The notes beneath the pieces were generated by a model. That model saw only the letters and a list, made by a program, of their open reading frames with translations, did not search any database and had not been told where the DNA came from. This document shows, piece by piece, positions 62,438-64,000 of a DNA stretch of 64,000 bases (position 1 is the first letter of the stretch; every line of letters begins with the position of its first letter). The position numbers were made by a program, and so were the translations under genes. The stretch is from Magallana gigas. Lineage: Eukaryota. The stretch lies in contig NC_088862.1 in assembly GCF_963853765.1 (NCBI RefSeq), forward strand, positions 29,884,001 through 29,948,000, given 5' to 3'.

Positions 62438-62954
62438 CTAAATTACAACTTTACACACGAAAACGGCTACAAATAAGTGTACATAAACCATGGAGGTAGT
62501 AACCATGGCAGCGGCGTTTGTTTTGTTAAGTTCGTCATCAAAGGTTGCAAAAACGCGAGCAGGTCCTCCGCTTCCGCCAAAAAGGTTCAGGACCGGAATA
62601 TAAATCGTACTTCCGCTTTCCGGAACGTTATCCAGATTTGCCACGTTTTCAATTCCAACAATATTTTTTTGTCCCAGAATCACGTGACATGGCATGTTTG
62701 TTGTCTGTCCGTAGTCTGTGGAGGGCGTATCCACACCTACAGCGTTGATTTGACGCTTGTTTATCAGCCACGTAACCGCATCTTCGTGCCAACTTTGGAA
62801 GTGAAATGAGGAAACATTGGAGAGTTCGGGGGACCCAAACACTAGGGATTTATTTGGGTACTTGCTCGACCATCCGGAATTCATTATTGCGACAGCATGT
62901 CGTGGCATTTCTCCGTATTTCTCCTCCCACATCAATAAGTCGTCAATAGTGACC
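62438..62954 (-). CDS. Cyclase-family copy D, last coding exon; upstream exons lie beyond the window
   Basis: Acceptor TTTGAG/G GTC ACT, then VTIDDLLMWEEKYG..VGVDTPSTDYG..GIENVANL..GGSGGPARVFA and a hydrophobic C-terminus to the stop. Same phase as the other copies. Confidence 0.88.
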
Positions 62955-63149
62955 CTCAAATTATAACAGTAAATAATGCTTGTTAACTGACCTACTTGCA
63001 CACATTGTAGGGTTTAGTTTTGTGGAATAAAAACAATTACATGCAATTTTTAAAAAAAGTCATTTTACGACCATGAACCAAATTAAAATGTTCAAACTAT
63101 ATTGATCCAATGATTCGTCTGTTGAAAATTTTTTGTCAGGATGTTTGGC

Positions 63150-63874
63150 TAGCTGCAATAATATAGCCCTCTCCGATATTTTATATCTGATGTTTACTGG
63201 AGAGGGCTACAATTCCACAGGATCTCTGTAACGGTGCAAAAAATAATTTTTTAATGCGGCTGACTTCGGTCTGTAAAGATCAATTTTATATTTGACTTCC
63301 TTTAGATAAAATGATTTTTTAATTCAGGTTGAACAAATTAACCGTATATAAATCAAAACCAGATTAAACACATCAGCATGTTTACCAGTCGTCTTTTCAG
63401 CTGCCATGACAGTTCTCGCGTGATTTTATGGTATGTACGCTTAGAGTTTTGATGGGCTTGATAACGTGAATGTCAATGTAAATAATCGATCTTACCTCGT
63501 TATATCATTAAAACATCATTTAAGGAAATTATGTTTAAAATAGGGGAATTCCTATATTTAGTTCAAGATCCGCTCCTGAATTCTCATTGGCTCTCCCAAA
63601 ATAAAACTGGTCAAGGTCAGTAAACATGGCGGACAAATTCAACTTTCGTTGTTGTCATATACGAAAAATAACCGATATATGGACTATACTTGATATTTTT
63701 GGATTAATTTATGCCATAGACATCTACAACGTTTGAGTTCAGGTAAGAAATGCAAATGTTATCGTCATTTGTTGAATCACTCCCGCACTTGCACCATTAC
63801 GGATATCCTATGGAATTGTACCCCCCCCCCCCCCAGAAAAAAAAAATCGGGAGAGGGCTACATTATTGCAGCTA
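63150..63874. mobile_element. 725-bp non-autonomous TIR element with TAGCT termini
   Basis: TAGCTGCAATAATATAGCCCTCTCCGAT ... ATCGGGAGAGGGCTACATTATTGCAGCTA. Flanks GATGTTTGGC and GATGTT-ATGTT-TGGC look like a 9-10-bp TSD with slippage. Confidence 0.8.
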
Positions 63875-64000
63875 GATGTTATGTTTGGCCAGCTCAATTT
63901 TGAAAAGGTTTTGGGATAATTTTACAATTCATTAATTTTTTCAATCTTGCAAAATAGCCAGAAATAGATAATTATGTTGTGCCTAAAATTGTACAAAAAT

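Overview
AT-rich, intron-containing animal genomic DNA. The repeat families and gene types look like a bivalve, probably an oyster (inference, not a database result). Two assembly gaps are present (N at 28199-28398 and 57628-57773). Reconstructed by hand from splice sites and reading frames: (1) a complete 8-exon minus-strand gene for a 573-aa protein with two cyclic-nucleotide-binding domains (1929-8602); (2) a single-coding-exon 1205-aa C2H2 zinc-finger protein with RS tracts and DPR motifs (18284-21901, +); (3) two exons of a GPI-type Ly6/uPAR three-finger gene (23698-26074, -); (4) the first five coding exons of a FAAH-like amidase (28491-35610, -), whose 3' half is not visible beyond a gap; (5) a minus-strand tandem array of signal-peptide, GPI-tailed cyclase-family (kynurenine formamidase/isatin hydrolase) genes (40787-62954). 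In that array two first exons carry independent frameshifts, and an extra intact first exon has no body of its own but fits in frame onto the neighbouring gene body. Intergenic and intronic DNA is full of MITEs, SINE heads, LINE/Penelope/Tc1 relics, GAA-tipped hairpin elements, and mini- and microsatellites. No rRNA, bona fide tRNA or CRISPR array was seen.
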